From the NCBI RefSeq assembly GCF_009914755.1, contig NC_060939.1: a stretch of 64,000 nt of DNA; one strand, written 5' to 3'. The notes beneath the pieces were generated by a model. That model was not told the origin of the DNA. It did not search any database and saw only the letters and a list, made by a program, of their open reading frames with translations. Made by a program: the position numbers and the translations under genes. This document shows, piece after piece, positions 18,995-37,925 of this stretch (its first letter is position 1; every line of letters starts with the position of its first letter). The DNA is from the human T2T-CHM13v2.0 reference genome, Homo sapiens.

Positions 18995-19340
18995 GAGTCA
19001 CAGACTGGCAGCATCTGACCCAGAGACCTTTTTTTTTTCCTGCTAACATTTTGAAGTCTGGAAATTTCACATAAAAAGCTGGACTCTTGATTTCTCTCTA
19101 AATAAAAAGTGCTACAAATGTAAGCCACATTTTTTACATGTTACCAATCAGATAGATCTGAATGGCTAATGGACGCTTTCAAAAGGGTGTGTACTCCCCA
19201 GTTTGCCCCAGTCTCCACTCTTCCCTACAGTCTTTGCAACCCTGAAGCTATGGGTCACATAAAGTTTAGGGTCTTATGTCCCGTCCACTCATTTATTTTA
19301 CTGGCTGTCCCCGAGAAGTGTATTTATTTCTGACTTCTGT
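18995..19340. mobile_element. MER102-like hAT element
   Basis: 'aacattttgaagtctggaaatttcacataaaaagctgga...ccagtttgccccagtctccact'. Confidence 0.55.
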
Positions 19341-19929
19341 ATTAACCCTTTCATTTCTTGTGTCCTCCTTCTCCCTCCCATCAAGGTGCCTGATCTATAA
19401 TATACACTCAATAAGTGAATTGAATTGAAAATACCCTATTCTGCTATAGAAGCAGAGGAGCAGGAATGTGGAAGAAAAAGCACAGGCCTAAAAATGAGGA
19501 GAACTTCCCTCTTCTAATTTACTTTGTGCCAATACATGTCTAAAACTAAATCTCCTTTTTCTCTAAAAGCAGTGGTTGGATTTGATGAACTATCAGGTCC
19601 CTTCCAGCTAGAAAACGTGCCCTTTCACATTCCCCAATCAACAGTATTGAGAGATTACCCAACAATTACTACACTAAAGTTCAAATTCCAAGTTCTGGGA
19701 CCTCATAGCCCAGTCACAGGCCACTTTCTAAACCTGCTTCCCATTGGTGCCACTCAGTCATCCATTTTTCTCTCCAGTTAAATTAGTCTCCCATGCTTTC
19801 TGCAGAAACCTCGTGTTCTCCCTCATGCAGGATCCCTGTTCTGCATACAACAGAAATCACTCTTAGTTACCTGCACAACAGGTATTTCTCCCTTTCCTGG
19901 CCCTCAAACCAAGAATCCCAATTTTGTTT

Positions 19930-20400
19930 GCAGTGGCAGTGTCCCAGCCCTGTGGATGGTGATTTGGCCCAATCCCATTATTTCACTCCTATCCTATTTT
20001 GCCCAACTCATGACTTCCCAGCATGCTTATCGTTTGGAGTTGCTATGTCTCCCAGCTCTAGGCAATGACACTTAAAGGGCAACTGCTAGAAGTACATGGG
20101 GAAGCTTTGGTTTTTCTGATTAACTGGGCAGATGCAGCTGGCACTATTCCTTTGTGTGTCTTCCCGCCTTGAACATAGCCATGATGCCTGGAGCTACAGG
20201 AGCCATCTGGTACCCATAAGCAGACGAGCCACCATCCTAAAGACAGCAGGGTAACCAGACAGCAAGAACAGAAAGGGAGATCAAGTCCTAGTAGATTACT
20301 GAGTACCTACACTATCCTTCAACAGCCTCTCTTTGAACTCCTTATAATGTGGAAGAATTAAAAATCTTTATGGCTTAATGTATAATTAGCGGTTTTTCTG
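19930..20400 (+). mobile_element. Old MLT1-family LTR
   Basis: 'atgatgcctggagctacaggagccatctg' MLT1 core. Confidence 0.55.
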
Positions 20401-20757
20401 GGTTTCTCCACTAAGATAATTCCACCTTCCTCCTACCTTTTCTCTGGCTTTCCAAGTCTTTCTTGTTATATAAAAGAGAATTCACATATTACACCCAGAG
20501 TAACATCTGGCCCATAGTAGGCTCTCTATAAGCCATTTCTATTGGTGCTTCTGCAGCTTAGTATCCTTAAGATTCAGACCAAAGCTCTCTTCCACCTCCA
20601 CAATTCCAGCCACATAATCCAGACCAATGACTTAGTAACGGACCATATAAAGTTGCCTAAAATGCATATTGAAATATCACTTTTTTTTCTGGATGTCTTC
20701 TCTCCCTCACTATAGTATAAAATCTTCAGAAGTGGAAATGTAGTTATTTCCCTACAA

Positions 20758-20938
20758 TATTGTATTTCATCAAATCTAAGATGCCATTAAACTTTAAGTG
20801 CACCATTATTTTTTGAACTACAAAGGAAAAAAAATTGTCAACTAAATGATGACCTGTGGAAGAAGATAAAATCATCAATTTGAGGTTAAATTGTTAAAAT
20901 GTTGGAGGTGGGAAACATGCCTTTTAGAATTGAGAGAC
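20758..20938. mobile_element. TcMar-Tc2-type MITE (MER104/Kanga-like)
   Basis: 'tgtatttcatcaaatctaagatgc' terminus with degraded inverted counterpart near 20920. Confidence 0.5.
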
Positions 20939-21351
20939 TGTATATACAAACAGACAATGGCCAGACTATTTACTAAAATAACTCTGATCTGCAACTTACA
21001 GCTACCAGACTGGGAAGCCAGACCTCCACCTCTGTAATGAGCAGCTCCAAATCATCAGGACTCATCAATAACTGACAGCTTCCCTATTTTTGCCCTCCAT
21101 TTGCAACTTAGAGCCAATCAGGGAAGGCCAAATGTGCTCCCCTAACCCATAACATAAGATGCCCCACTTCTGGTTAGCCTGCTTGTAACAGCCTCCAATC
21201 AGGGCAGACCTGCAGTCTTCCTTTTGTCCTCTATAAAGTTTTCCACTTTGAGTCTCTGCCAATTGCAGGTGACGCTGGTTGACTCCTTTGCTTACTCAGA
21301 ACAAATAGCCTTCACTTGTTCTCGTTTGGGTCATCTTTGTTTATTTTTGCA
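20939..21351 (+). mobile_element. ERV1 solo LTR (MER31-like)
   Basis: TG...CA ends, CCAAT boxes ('gccaatca','tccaatca'), 'ctataaag'. Confidence 0.65.
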
Positions 21352-22004
21352 GAACCAATGATTTCACATGGTAGTCTTTCACACAGTAGCATTCAGCAGT
21401 TACCTTCTGGGTAGTAGAAATCATATATGATATCAGCTTGGGGGATATTTAAAGGGAGGGGCTTGGTAAGGAAATCACTGATTGCAATAGCCTAGCAGCA
21501 AGACCCCTTGGACATGCACTGAGGGGATAGCCGTGGAGAGCTAAAGGAAGGATGGATTTGGGCACAGTCTAAAAAAGAAATGGCAAATGTGAGGTTGAAT
21601 CAAAAGCAGATGGAAAAGCCAATCAGGCTGAGGATAGAAAAGAACTCCCAGGGAGCCCAAAGTGTCAATCCTGTTTAGGTCAGGGACTCTGAGGAGACCA
21701 AACTATAACCATGAGAAGTCAGAACAAGAAGCAGGTTCTGGAGAGAAAGTCTGAGGCACAGATGCTAAAAGAACATCCTCCTTACCATGATGGGAGAGCT
21801 CAAGGTGAACAGAAGGGCACAGTCAGTGACACTCTGTGTCAATGTGTCACCTTTAAAGGGACAAAGGAGAGATACAGAGGGCCACTGATTGATACAGATG
21901 AATACAACCCTCCCTGGAAGGCTTCATCCACTTCTGGGCTGCATTTTGTTAACTATATCCCATGGGCATCACTAATGAGATATAACTGAATTAAGTTTAA
22001 TTCA

Positions 22005-22952
22005 GAGGAGTTCGGAATATAACACCCCAAATATGCCATTCTAGAGTATTGACTATTTTGATTTAAAAGCACTTAGAAAACAGCAAGTACAAAAAGAACA
22101 CTCTAACCCTCCTTCTTCTTTAAAGCAAGAGATGAAATTCCGATGTGAAAGATGTCCTCCCTATAACAGAAGGAAATCGTAAGGAGAGTTGAGGCTGAGG
22201 GATGTCTGTACAAACAAACCTTGTTGTCTTAGTCCTTTTGTGATGCTATAAAGGAGCACCTGAGGCTGGGTAATTTATAAAGAAAAGGGATTTATTTGGC
22301 TCACAGTTCTGCAAGCTGCATAAGAAGTATGGCATCAGTATCTGCTTCTGGTGAGGGCCTCAGGCTGCTTCCTCTCATGGAGGAAGGGTAAGGGGAACTG
22401 GTGTGTGCAGATCACATGGCAAAAGAGAAAGCAAGAGAGAGAGGAGGCGATGCCAGGCTCTTTTCAACAACCAGCTCTCATGGGAACTAAGAGAATAAGA
22501 ACTCACTCATTAGCATGAAGACAGCACCAATAAATTCATAAGGGATCTGCCGCTATGACCCAAACACCTCCCATTAGGCTCTATTCCCAACATCGGAAAT
22601 CAAATTTCAAGGTGAAATATGCAGGAGTCAAACAAACCAAACTATAGCACCTGTGAAACTAACCCTTATCTGTTTGGTCACTTGTCCACTCAGTTAACTA
22701 CCCTAGCTAGCCCCTTTGCCTCACCACATTTTCACAACTTACTGATCTTTGTCCAATTCAATACACAAGTGTTCAACTCTAACTGCATCTTTGGGTCTTC
22801 ATTTCCCTATGAAGCCTCCCTTGCTACATAAAACTTGCATTAAATAAATTTGTATGTTTTTATCTTGCTCGTTTGTTTTATGTCAATTTAATTCTCAGAC
22901 CCAGCCAAAAAAAAATATAAGAGGGTATAGGTAAAATGCTGCTTCTCCTATA
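22005..22952 (+). mobile_element. ERV1 LTR (MER34-like) interrupted by an MST LTR
   Basis: 'accccaaatatgcca...tattgactattttga' 5' end; 'taaataaatttgtatg...ctcagacccagcc' 3' end. Confidence 0.7.
22225..22649 (-). mobile_element. MSTB-like MaLR solo LTR
   Basis: TGTCTTAGTCC...TATAGCA; 5-bp TSD cttgt/cctgt. Confidence 0.85.
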
Positions 22953-25900
22953 ATACCAATCATATAATGACCTCATCCTATAGGCTGGGACCATGGAATA
23001 AAAAGTAGTCATTTGTCAGGCCTCTTTTCTTCCTAAACATCCCATTGTCCCTCCCTTTGGCATTATTGATGTGTTGGAAATAATTGGGTGTGCCCCTGGG
23101 TGAGAAGCTCTTGATAACAAGTGTGCAAAAGACTGGAGAATTTATTCATTCAGTCTTTCCCATTGAATTCACCCCTCAAAAATCCTCAGGGGGCCAAGTA
23201 TAATTAAACAACATTAATTAAAATACTAAAGAACAGAAAAGGGCAACCGCAGGAGGGACAATGGAGCAGCATCAGAGAGATGGAAAATAACAAAAATAGC
23301 AGCAATCACTATGCATTAAAGCCCAGGAAGTTGACAGCTCAGCTGGAGTGCCTTTAGAGGAAAACTTCATGGACATCACCCTGAAGGGAAATGAGGAAAC
23401 ATGGCGGCAGGAAGGAAGAGTCCCAGTGGGTGCACAAAGAGTCTCCTTTCAGTCTCCACAGACATCCGAGAGGTTCATGGCCTTTGTAGATCATAATTGA
23501 ACATTTTCATATGATTGCCTTCAGAAATTTCCATTAATGCGGAACAATACCTCTGCTCTTGTGATTAACGTGCTGCTGCATGGTCTCGGTGTTTTGGTTT
23601 TTAATTAAAAAGAAAGAATTCTAGCATCTTGCTAAATTACAGAAGGATTCTTTTACACTTATTTTTCTAGCTCAGCCTCCACTGGATTTAAAAATTAAGC
23701 ACTTAAAGCCACCATTAGTGGTAATGTGGTTCCAGTTTAAGTGGCTGAGATACACTGGGGATGGATGACCCCAAGATAGGAGTGTAGGGTCCTGTCAGAT
23801 CACCAGGGTGATGACCAAGGTAACCTGACTCAGTAACTCTCCCCAGAGATAACAAGTGTTGTCTACTTGTTATAGTGTATATCCTTCCAAAGATAATCTA
23901 TGCACAGATTTGCAAATACATGCACAAATATTTTATATAAATAGGAATATATTATACATACCATCTGTACAACTTGGTTGCTTTTTTTCACTTAAAAATG
24001 TGTCTTGGAGACCTTTCCAGACCAATCACATTTTATTTCATAGATTCACTATAGTTTGTTTAGCCAATCCTCTAGTTAAGTTTCCACTCATTGTTATAAT
24101 CAGTGCTGAACTGACCAACCTTGTATACCCTTTTACATGGGCCAGTTTCGTATGTGCAAATATATTTATAGGATAAATTCTTATAAATAGAATTGCTAGG
24201 TCAAAGAACATGGAAAATGGAGATAAAAATAGCGTCTATTTTCTTGAGTTGTTTTGAAGATTACATGAGTGTTTGCATCTAAAATCATACCAAAATCCTC
24301 AATAAAATGGCTGCTGCTTCTGAAGGCACTGTGTTGGGCCTTGGAGGGAGAGGGGCTGGGGGAGGGCAGAAATTCATAAATATAGGTCAACCCACAGTCC
24401 CTCCTTCAAACACTTAAAGTCCAGTAAGGGTAATTCTTGATCACAGGGCAAATTAGCAAATGCTCTCTTGAGCATATACACAAAGTTCTAACAAACACAA
24501 AGAATAAATCAATAAATTTCTAGTGGAAAAGTTTTCACAAAAATATGGAGTTTATGAGCTTGGTTTGAGCATGGAAAGGATCTAAATAAGCAGTGAGAGG
24601 GCAAAGGCAACATATCAAATGAAGGAAATCAAGGGAGCAAAGACCAGAGGCAGCCAGGACTGACCATCTAAAGCACATGGGGTCCTTGGAAATCAAGTGA
24701 GTCAGGAAGACCAATATCTATCTATTATAAACCTCAAGCATGTGCTTCATTGATAGGCATTTTGACATTTTGCTAAAAACAGATAAGGACTGAGAAGATG
24801 AGACTTAAGCATGGTAAATTTTGGTGCAGAGCCTTGGTTGATTTCTCATCTTGGAAGGATGCTCTGAAGACTTAGGGACTCCAGGAGCTGAGAAGTCCTT
24901 AAAGTTTCAACATGGAACACACACTCCCCCATGCCATGTTCCCTAAGAAATTACAGCAGAGCTGAATCACCGCAATCATTGGTTCCAGAATCAAAAGGAA
25001 TAGTGATTACCAGCTGGCCTTTTAGAAGTCATCAATATTTCATCTAAATGTTGCAACCACCACATCTGTTTTTACTGATAACTGTTTCTTCCTGGGGAAT
25101 AGAGACTGACAACTCACATTTCACAATTTGGCTTAAAAAACCTTATGAGTACCTAGTGGCTTAGCTGAATCTCAATGGTGTCACTAGAAAAGTTTGCCAA
25201 GGAAACCTGTACATTGCAAGTTTCTTTGAAATGTTCAGAAAGATTGTCATACCTGCCCTGATGTTCTGTGGATGTTTCCTAAAGCATCTTTCCTCATTGG
25301 GGCTGTGGAGTGGCACCTGGTACAAGACCATATTATCCAGCTAGGGCATGATCCCAGGCCTGGCATCACATCTGCATGTTAGAAATAGTAAGTCACCAAA
25401 TGGTGAAACTTTTCATGAACAAGAACACATACAGATTTTATAAACCAGAAACTCATTCTCAATATGGTAACTTGGTTCATTTTATAAAATTCTTAGGTCA
25501 GCCCCAGTGACCTGCTATTCAAGTAAATCTGAGAGCCATCTTTTGATTCCTTCGTCTCCAATCTCCTCCCAGTTCCTGCCATATCAAATCAGTCATCAAA
25601 CCCAATCATTTCTACTTTACAATCTTGCATCGGTATGCCTCCTATGTCTTTCTCTCTGGTCCTCATTCTCTCTTCCCTCCATCCTCACGACAGCCTCTGA
25701 ACAAGTTTGCCTTGCATCTGGTCTCACCCTGGCCTTATCCCTCCTCCATGCAGTCACCAGAGTCATCTTTCAAAAATACAGATCAGAAACACAGCTCTTA
25801 CATCTGTGTTTGGGATCTTATGTCTATGTGCTCTTACTTCTCTCTCTGGGGTGTGCTCCTGGCCTCCAGAATCAAACCTAAACTCTTTGGTTTGGCATTC

Positions 25901-27280
25901 AGGGCCCCTCCTAGCTTGGCCCCTCTACCTTTCCAGCTTCCTCTCCTTCTGCTTTCTCCCATTCCCCACATTGTCCAGCCACACAGAGATTGTGTGGCAT
26001 TCCTGGGATAGACCATTAGCTTGCATAACTCATTCCTTCATCCCCAGTTACTTCTGGGATTCTCTTCCTTTCCTTCTCCTCTTCCCATTTTTCAATACCC
26101 AGCTCCTGCTGAAGCTTCCCAAGCGACCACCAAGCAGAGACAGTCACTTTCCTTTCCTTTCCGTTAACAAGTTTCCTTTCCTTTCCATTAACGTGTGTCC
26201 TTCAGATGATCTCTCTCCAAGGAGACTATGTTTGAGAGAAAGCCAAATCTGGTCCATCTCTGGGAGCAAAATTCTAAAAGGCAGATTTAAAATGTCTTTG
26301 GAAATACATGAGATTTGAATTCACAGAGTTCTAGGATACTTTTTTCTACTTCTTAATGTTATAGTCCTATGCACCGAATTGCCAAACTATCTCAGTTTGC
26401 TTAGCTGTGAAATATCAGTCTGAATGAATAAAAAGTAATTTCTGATTCTCCTACATCCTTTGAAATTAAGGCATAACTCAAGTTTTCTCTTAAGACATCA
26501 GCTTGTGTCAAACATAAACCTTGGTTTTTTTATATTTTAATTTTGCTATATTCTGTCATTAAAACCTTATTTGAGAGGTTTTTAAAAAGAATAATGGGAG
26601 TATATTTTATATGAAAGACATACACTAGCTATAAACATTCAACTGATACCTAAGAGTACAAAAAAGAAAACAAACAAAAATCTCCTCCAAATCCAACCCC
26701 CTCCCTACTGGGGGACTATCATTGCAGACATTGCTCTTTGCATTTATACAGCAACTGGGACTATGTTTCTCATGTTATTTAAATAAAAGATTTTTAATAT
26801 TAATTGTATTTAACAGAAGAAAGAAGAATTGCCAAGAAACTGAAGAAATTGCTAAACTTCAGATAAATGTTTCTTCACCACAGAGATATTCATTTGTAAA
26901 AGTTCTGTCAAAACCAGGAAAACTTTAATTAAAAATGAAAGAGGTGGAAGTCATTTTTTTAACTTTATATTTGAATTTTGGACAAATGCTGGAATTCATT
27001 CATTCATTTGCTATCTACCACATGCATGACTCTGCAAAGGCACTGGCAATTTAATAGTGCAATCAATAAATATGAAAATTTCAGATGGGGACGTGTGCTA
27101 GGAAGAGAAATAAAGCAGAGAAAAGTGTTAGAAGGGCCGATTAAGATCAGGTAGGCATAGAGAGCTTCTCTGGGGATAAGAGAAGGAGCCTTAATGAGAA
27201 GGAGAACTAAGGCATGAATACATGTGGGGAAAGAGCATCCTAGACAGAGAGAATTGCAAATGCAGATGCCCTAAGGCTGG

Positions 27281-27698
27281 TGTCAGTCCATTTTTGTGTT
27301 GTTATAAAGGAATACTTGAGGCAGTGTTATTTACAAAGAAAAGAGGTTTGTTTGGTTCAGGGTTCTGCAACCTGTACAAGAAGTATGACGCCAGCATCTG
27401 CTTCTGGTGAGGGCCTCAGGAAGTTTCCACTCAAGGCAGAAGGCGAAGGGGAACTGGTGTGTGCAGATCACATGATGAGAGTGGAAGCAAGAGAGAGGAG
27501 GTGCCAGGTTCTTTTCAACAATCAGTTCTGGAGGAACTAACTGCATGAGAACTCACTTATTACCGTGGGGACTGCAACAAACCATTCATGAGGGATCCAC
27601 CCCCATGACCCAAACACCTCCCACCAGGCCCCACCTCCAAGATTGAGGATCAAGTTTCAACATGAGATTTTAGGAGGACAAATATCTAAACCATATCA
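27281..27698 (-). mobile_element. MSTB-like MaLR solo LTR
   Basis: TGTCAGTCC...CCATATCA; perfect TSD gctgg at 27276-27280 and 27699-27703. Confidence 0.9.
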
Positions 27699-28050
27699 GC
27701 TGGACCAGCTCAGCATGTCACAGCAACAGCAAGAAGGTCAATGTGCTGAGACTTGAGTGAGCAAGGGATAGGAGATGAGAGGAGGCTGGAGGCCAGGATA
27801 TGCAGAGACCGATAAGCCTGGGAAAGACATTTAAGGTTTATTCTGTTTGTAATGAGAAGCCATTCGAAGGTCTTGAGCAAGGAAATGGCATGACCTGGTT
27901 TACATTTTGAAAAGATTGCTTGAACTGAGCCATAGAAAATAGCTCTGGTGGGCCAGGGCAAGAGTAGAAGCAGGGAGATAAATTGACAGGTTATTGCTAT
28001 CTTTCCAAAGCCAGAGCCAAGAATACTTGCTAGTGAGTGGAATATGGGAC

Positions 28051-28534
28051 ATACATTCACTTCCTAGGGCTTCTGTACCCAAGTAAAATAAGCTGAGTGG
28101 CTTAAGACAATGGAAATGTATTGTCTTACAGTTCTGGAGGTTAGACATCTGAAAACAAGGTGTCAGCACGGTCATGCTCCCTCTGAAACCTGCAGGGCAA
28201 TAGTTCCTTGCCTCTTCCTAGCTTCTGGTGGTTTGCTGTCAGTCTTTGTCATTCCTTAGTGGGCAGCTGCTGTAAATTCAATCTTTGCCTTCACTGTCAC
28301 ACAGGGCATTTCCTGTACATCTCTGTCTTTACATGGCCATCTTCTTACAAGGACACCCATCATATTGGGCCAGGGGCCCTTGCTATTCCAGTATGGCCTC
28401 ATCTTGACTAATCACACCATTTCCAAATAAGGTCACATTGTGAGGTACTGGTTGCTAGGATTTCAAAGTATCATGTTTTTGTTTTGTTTTGGTGTTTGTT
28501 GTGGGGGGTTAGGGGGCAATATTCAATCCATAAC
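28051..28534 (-). mobile_element. MLT1C-like MaLR LTR
   Basis: 'gtggcttaagacaatggaaatgtattgtcttacagttctggagg...attcaatccataaca'. Confidence 0.75.
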
Positions 28535-31190
28535 AGGGTGTGAAAGAAAGAGGGAAGTTGAGAAAGATGCCTTGGCTTTGGGCCTAAGCAAAGTGCCCTA
28601 TATGGGAATGGGGGAGAATGAACAGGAGAGGTGTGATCAGATTTGTGGGAAGAAGTAAATAAAGAATTGCTTTGAACATGCTATGTTTGAGGTATCTATG
28701 AGAGAGTTGAGCTGGGAGAATAGAGAAGCCAGTTGTATTTCCAAATTTGGAGGTCAGAATTGGGAAATGGGCTGGGTAAATTTGGAAATCATAAGTGTAT
28801 TAGGGATTTTGATGCCATGAAGCTAGATGAGATTGCCTAGGAAGCAAATGCAGGCAGAAGAAAATGATCTAAGAGTTGCACCTTGGGACACTCCAACATT
28901 TAGAGGTAGTGAATAAAAGAAGGATTGAACTAAGAATAAGAAGACAGTGACAGAGCTGGCAGTGGGATAGGAGGAAAGGCAGAAGAGTACAGAGTCTCAG
29001 AAACCAAATATGAAAGTATTTCAAGAAAGAGGGAGTAACCTAACGCATTAAATAAGCTGAAGGATCTACCAAGATGAGCATTTGGAATTGACCATTAGAC
29101 TTAACATGGAAGTCATTGGTGACCTTGACAAAAGTTTCAGTTGAGTGGTGGTAATTAGATCTGTTTCAAGAACATGGGACATGAAGAAGTATATAAAGTA
29201 TATAAAACACTTTAAAGATGGTTTTGCCTTTAGAGAAGATAAATAAGGTTATAATTGGAGGGGCATGTGGATTCCAGGGATAGTTATTTTTTATATGGGA
29301 GATATTGGGGTATGTTTAATTGGTGATGGAAATGATTCAGTTGAAGTGAAAATTGTTCTTGAAGGAGAGAAATGATCATTAACAAAGCAAAGTATGAGTA
29401 GGACAGAGGGATTGGAATCCAGGGCACAAGAATGAAACTTGGCCTTGGGCAGAAGCAGAGAGAGTTTATCCTTTATAAGAGAAGGGAAGACAAAGGACGT
29501 GAGTACTGTAGATATAGGTAGGTATGCAGCCCTAGTTATGGAAAATAAGGAGGTTATATTCTGATTACTTCTGTTTTCTTATTTAAAAAAAAAAAAGCTA
29601 GATCATTAGCTTAGACTGAAAAGGGGATGAGGGTGAGGTGGGAGGTTGGGAAGAAGGTTGAAGTGGTTATTCAGGAGAATGGACAAAGGAACTGACCAGA
29701 AAAATGGATAAGGCTTGCTGAGTTACATGGTCCTAAATTAAAGCAAGACTATTGAGTATGGTTATGGTTTTTTCTAGTCATATTTAAACAGGTGAAAAGT
29801 AAACAGAATACTGCCTTTAGCCAAATTAGGCAAGTATGACAGAGGGAGACAGGGGTGAGAGAGTTAAGTGGTTAAGCAAATGAGTGGTTATAATGATAAA
29901 CCGTGGAATTCATAGATAAAAATGAAAGTAAAGAAATGTAGTGGACTTAATTGATGACTGGGAGGTCTTTATAGGTCAAATAATTGGTAGAATTTAAACT
30001 AGAAGAAGTGTGGCAGAAAGACCATAGAATGGGAAACTTGAGTCAAGGTTTTGGAGGTGGTGCCATTATTAATAATTGGTGGCTGAACTGTGACAGAGGA
30101 AAAGACAAAGAAAAAGGGGAATCAAGAAGCTGAGAGGTCAGACTTTTGGATGAGCAATCTACATGGATGTTGAAGTCTCCCATGATGATTATAGAGATAG
30201 GCAGTAAACCAATTGCTAACTTTCAATGAATAAATGATCAAAAGAGAATAGCCACAAAGATTCGGCATAAGTGCTACAAAAAGGGTAAATAGGTAGTGTA
30301 ACTGATGACATTTGCTAAGGAAGCTGGAAGGTTTAGGGAAAAAGAAAAAGCGACGGTCAGCTAGCAGCAATGAAAAATCAAGGACACCTACCCCTTTGCT
30401 AGGTCCTATAACATTGGGGTATCATGTTAATGGGGAATTTCTTCTCTCCTTCCTAGCACTGTTCTTCTACCCTTCTCCCCTGCTCACTCATCTTCCCAGA
30501 CGACCTGTTCACAGCTGAGCACAGGAGGAAAGGGAATTTAGGGAAAGATCTTACTTTGCTGGTACCTTTGAGACATCTGGAGACTCTTTTAGGGGTTTTT
30601 TGCAGTTTGGGAAACTGGGAAACTCCAATGGAAATTTTTATGATGTGGGTGATGCCTTTCCTCTGGCCTGGCCATATATGACTCCAACTCCTGAAACCTT
30701 GCATCCAGAGACAGGTCTTGTATACATTCCTGTTAGAGCCCCTACTGCCCTCCCAATGGCCCTCGTGGACAAAGTCCCTTGGGCGAAGTCTACATTCCAT
30801 GCTGGTTTTCCCAATGCCCATATCTGCTGTATGGGAAACATTCCTGAAAGCTTGCCCCTGCCAGTGGTGGAAGTGGCACCTACCCCCAAAGCAATTATCT
30901 TCCTCTTTGTTCTGCTTCCTGGGGTCGAAAGCTTGCTGCAACTTCCTGCCTTTAGATCTCATATTCCTGAGTCTACTAGTAGTCCATTTTGTCCCTTCAA
31001 CCCTCAGAACACATATCAAGTTCTAAAGGTGAAGACCTTCACACCAAGCCTGAAGTAATCTCAAAGCATCATCCCTCTCATTCTCCAGAGATATTTTTTT
31101 CTTTCTCCTTGAGTGTTCACTCTTTCAAACACTCCAGGAGAGTGATGGACTAAGGGATCAAAATATAATCCCTTAATATTCTTATACTCG

Positions 31191-32757
<1,567 letters not shown>

Positions 32758-32980
32758 TGAGAATATTTTTGGCCATTCCCTCCAAGAGTTCTGCAAATGG
32801 AGTCCAGCACCAAACTTTGAAACACGGGGAAAGGTGGCACCTAGTGTTTTATCCTTAGCCTTAGGAACCTCTCCAGATACACAGAGAGGAAGAGTTCGGT
32901 ATTAATACGCTGCTACATTAGTAACTAATATTCTCATCCTTCTTCACTCCTAACAAAATTTAGATCTTGTTAATAATTTA

Positions 32981-36300
<3,320 letters not shown>

Positions 36301-37227
36301 GGTACTTTATGACATTAAATAAATATATCTGGTAACCAATGTTTGCTTTTCCCCAGAATAGAATATTTCCATTTTATCATAAAACACTTGTACATGTATG
36401 GCATTAAAGTACTGAGATTCAACTACAAGACAAGTCTTATGTTTTGTTTCATTTTTTATGTCTATTCTATGGACTAAGTATCACCTGAAAAAACACAGTC
36501 TTCAGAAGCTTTTAGCAGTTTTCAGACTAGGGGACTTCTAGAATTTTCCTCCTTTTTGTATGGTTACATTGGTAAAGATGTTTTAGTCATAGAATAGTTT
36601 CTGGACATAGTCTTCCTACAATCTAAGAATAGAAGTTGATCCTTTAAAATCAGACTTAGAAAAATAAACAAAAATTTACAAAAATAAAATCACACACAGG
36701 AACTTTAACTTTTACATTTTTGTGTAAAATGAATACGCAAAAAGTCTCAAAAGAAAAATGTTCCCATTACATATGTTTTAAGTGGATTTCTCCCCTTGGA
36801 AGCCACCTCTGAGGAGATATTTTTAAAATATTTTAAAATATAGCTTCTACAGTGTTTTTCCCAACTGCTAAGTTGAGACCTGATTCATACTTCTGATTTT
36901 TCTCTTTGGGACGGGAGAAGGGGGGATAGAAATGATGATTAATTACAAAAGAACCACTTCCGCAAAGCCACAGCAGGGGGAGGGCAAAAGCAGATGCCTT
37001 CTGATTCACTTTGAAAAGGAGATTTGCTCATCTTCCTTCTTTGGCTTGTGTTTTTGGCTTGTGTCTGTCATTCGGCCCCCAACTGGGATGTGTTTTTACA
37101 TTCATTTTGTCTTTAGAAAAGATATATCCAATCAAAAAGTTTAAGCTGCTCTTGACATTAATAAAGCTGATGAAGATAAAAAAGGAAAACCTACTGTCTT
37201 AGTCTGTTTCCTGCGGCAATAACAGCA

Positions 37228-37352
37228 CAGGGCTCACTGTATTACCAGGGTCAGGGCTCAGTGTGTGACCAGGATTGGGGTTCAGTATGGACCAGGGTCA
37301 GGGCTCAGTGTGTGACAAGGGTTGGAGCTCAGCCTGTGATTATGACCAGAGT
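37228..37352. repeat. Degenerate ~24-bp minisatellite (ACCAGGGTCAGGGCTCAGTGTGTG), ~5 units
   Basis: Two exact units alternate with diverged ones. Confidence 0.85.
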
Positions 37353-37598
37353 TCCATCTGGAGCTGCTCTCATAAGCTAATGTTTTCAGGGCCTTGGCTT
37401 CCCCTTAGAGCAAGATCACAAGGGCTCAGGGACTGCCTGCTGAGAGCAAGGTAAGGTAATCCTTAAGAGAATGGGCTGTGGAATAAGACAGGCTGGTTCA
37501 AATCCTGACTCACTACTTGCCAGCTCTCACCTTGGGCGATGTCCTGAGCCTCTAAACCTTGCATTGCTCACCTGTAAATGAAAATAAGAGGATGCACA

Positions 37599-37925
37599 TG
37601 TGTTAGTTCATTTGTGCTGCCATAGCAGAATACCTGAGACTGAGTAACTCACAAAGAACAGGAATTTATTCTCTCAGAGTTCTGGAGGGCTGGGAAGTTC
37701 AAGATCAAGGTGCTGGCATCTGGTGTAGGCTTTCTTACTGCATCCTCACGTGGCAGAAAGCAGAAGGGCAAGAGAGAGCTAACTCCCTTCCTCAAGGGCA
37801 TCTAGTAAACTCATTTATGGGGGAGAAACACTCATGGGCTAATCACCTCCTAAAGCCTCTCATCATTTAATACTGTCACATTAGTAACACCTGAATGTGA
37901 GAGGGAATGTAGTCAAACCACAGCA
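37599..37925 (-). mobile_element. MaLR LTR (MSTC/MSTD/MLT1A-like)
   Basis: 'tgtgttagttcatttgtgctgcc...gggaagttcaagatcaaggtgctggca...aaaccacagca'. Confidence 0.8.

Larger units (their letters stand above)
26995..30420 (-). mobile_element. Long L2 LINE remnant interrupted by two MaLR LTRs
   Basis: 'attcattcattcatttg' L2 3' end; purine-rich L2 body ('gtcattggtgaccttgaca','ggcatgacctggtttacattttgaaaagat'). Confidence 0.7.

Noticed and set aside
25507-26318. Overlapping 124-203 aa ORFs
   Set aside because: Lie in pyrimidine-rich L2-like sequence; low-complexity Leu/Ser/Pro translations.
30453-31058. 152 aa (+) and 188 aa (-) overlapping ORFs
   Set aside because: No recognisable domain; several frames open at once is more consistent with base composition than coding. 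A BLASTP/PhyloCSF check would settle it.
37228-37352. CRISPR-like array
   Set aside because: Head-to-tail degenerate units without unique spacers, in a primate genome with no cas genes.
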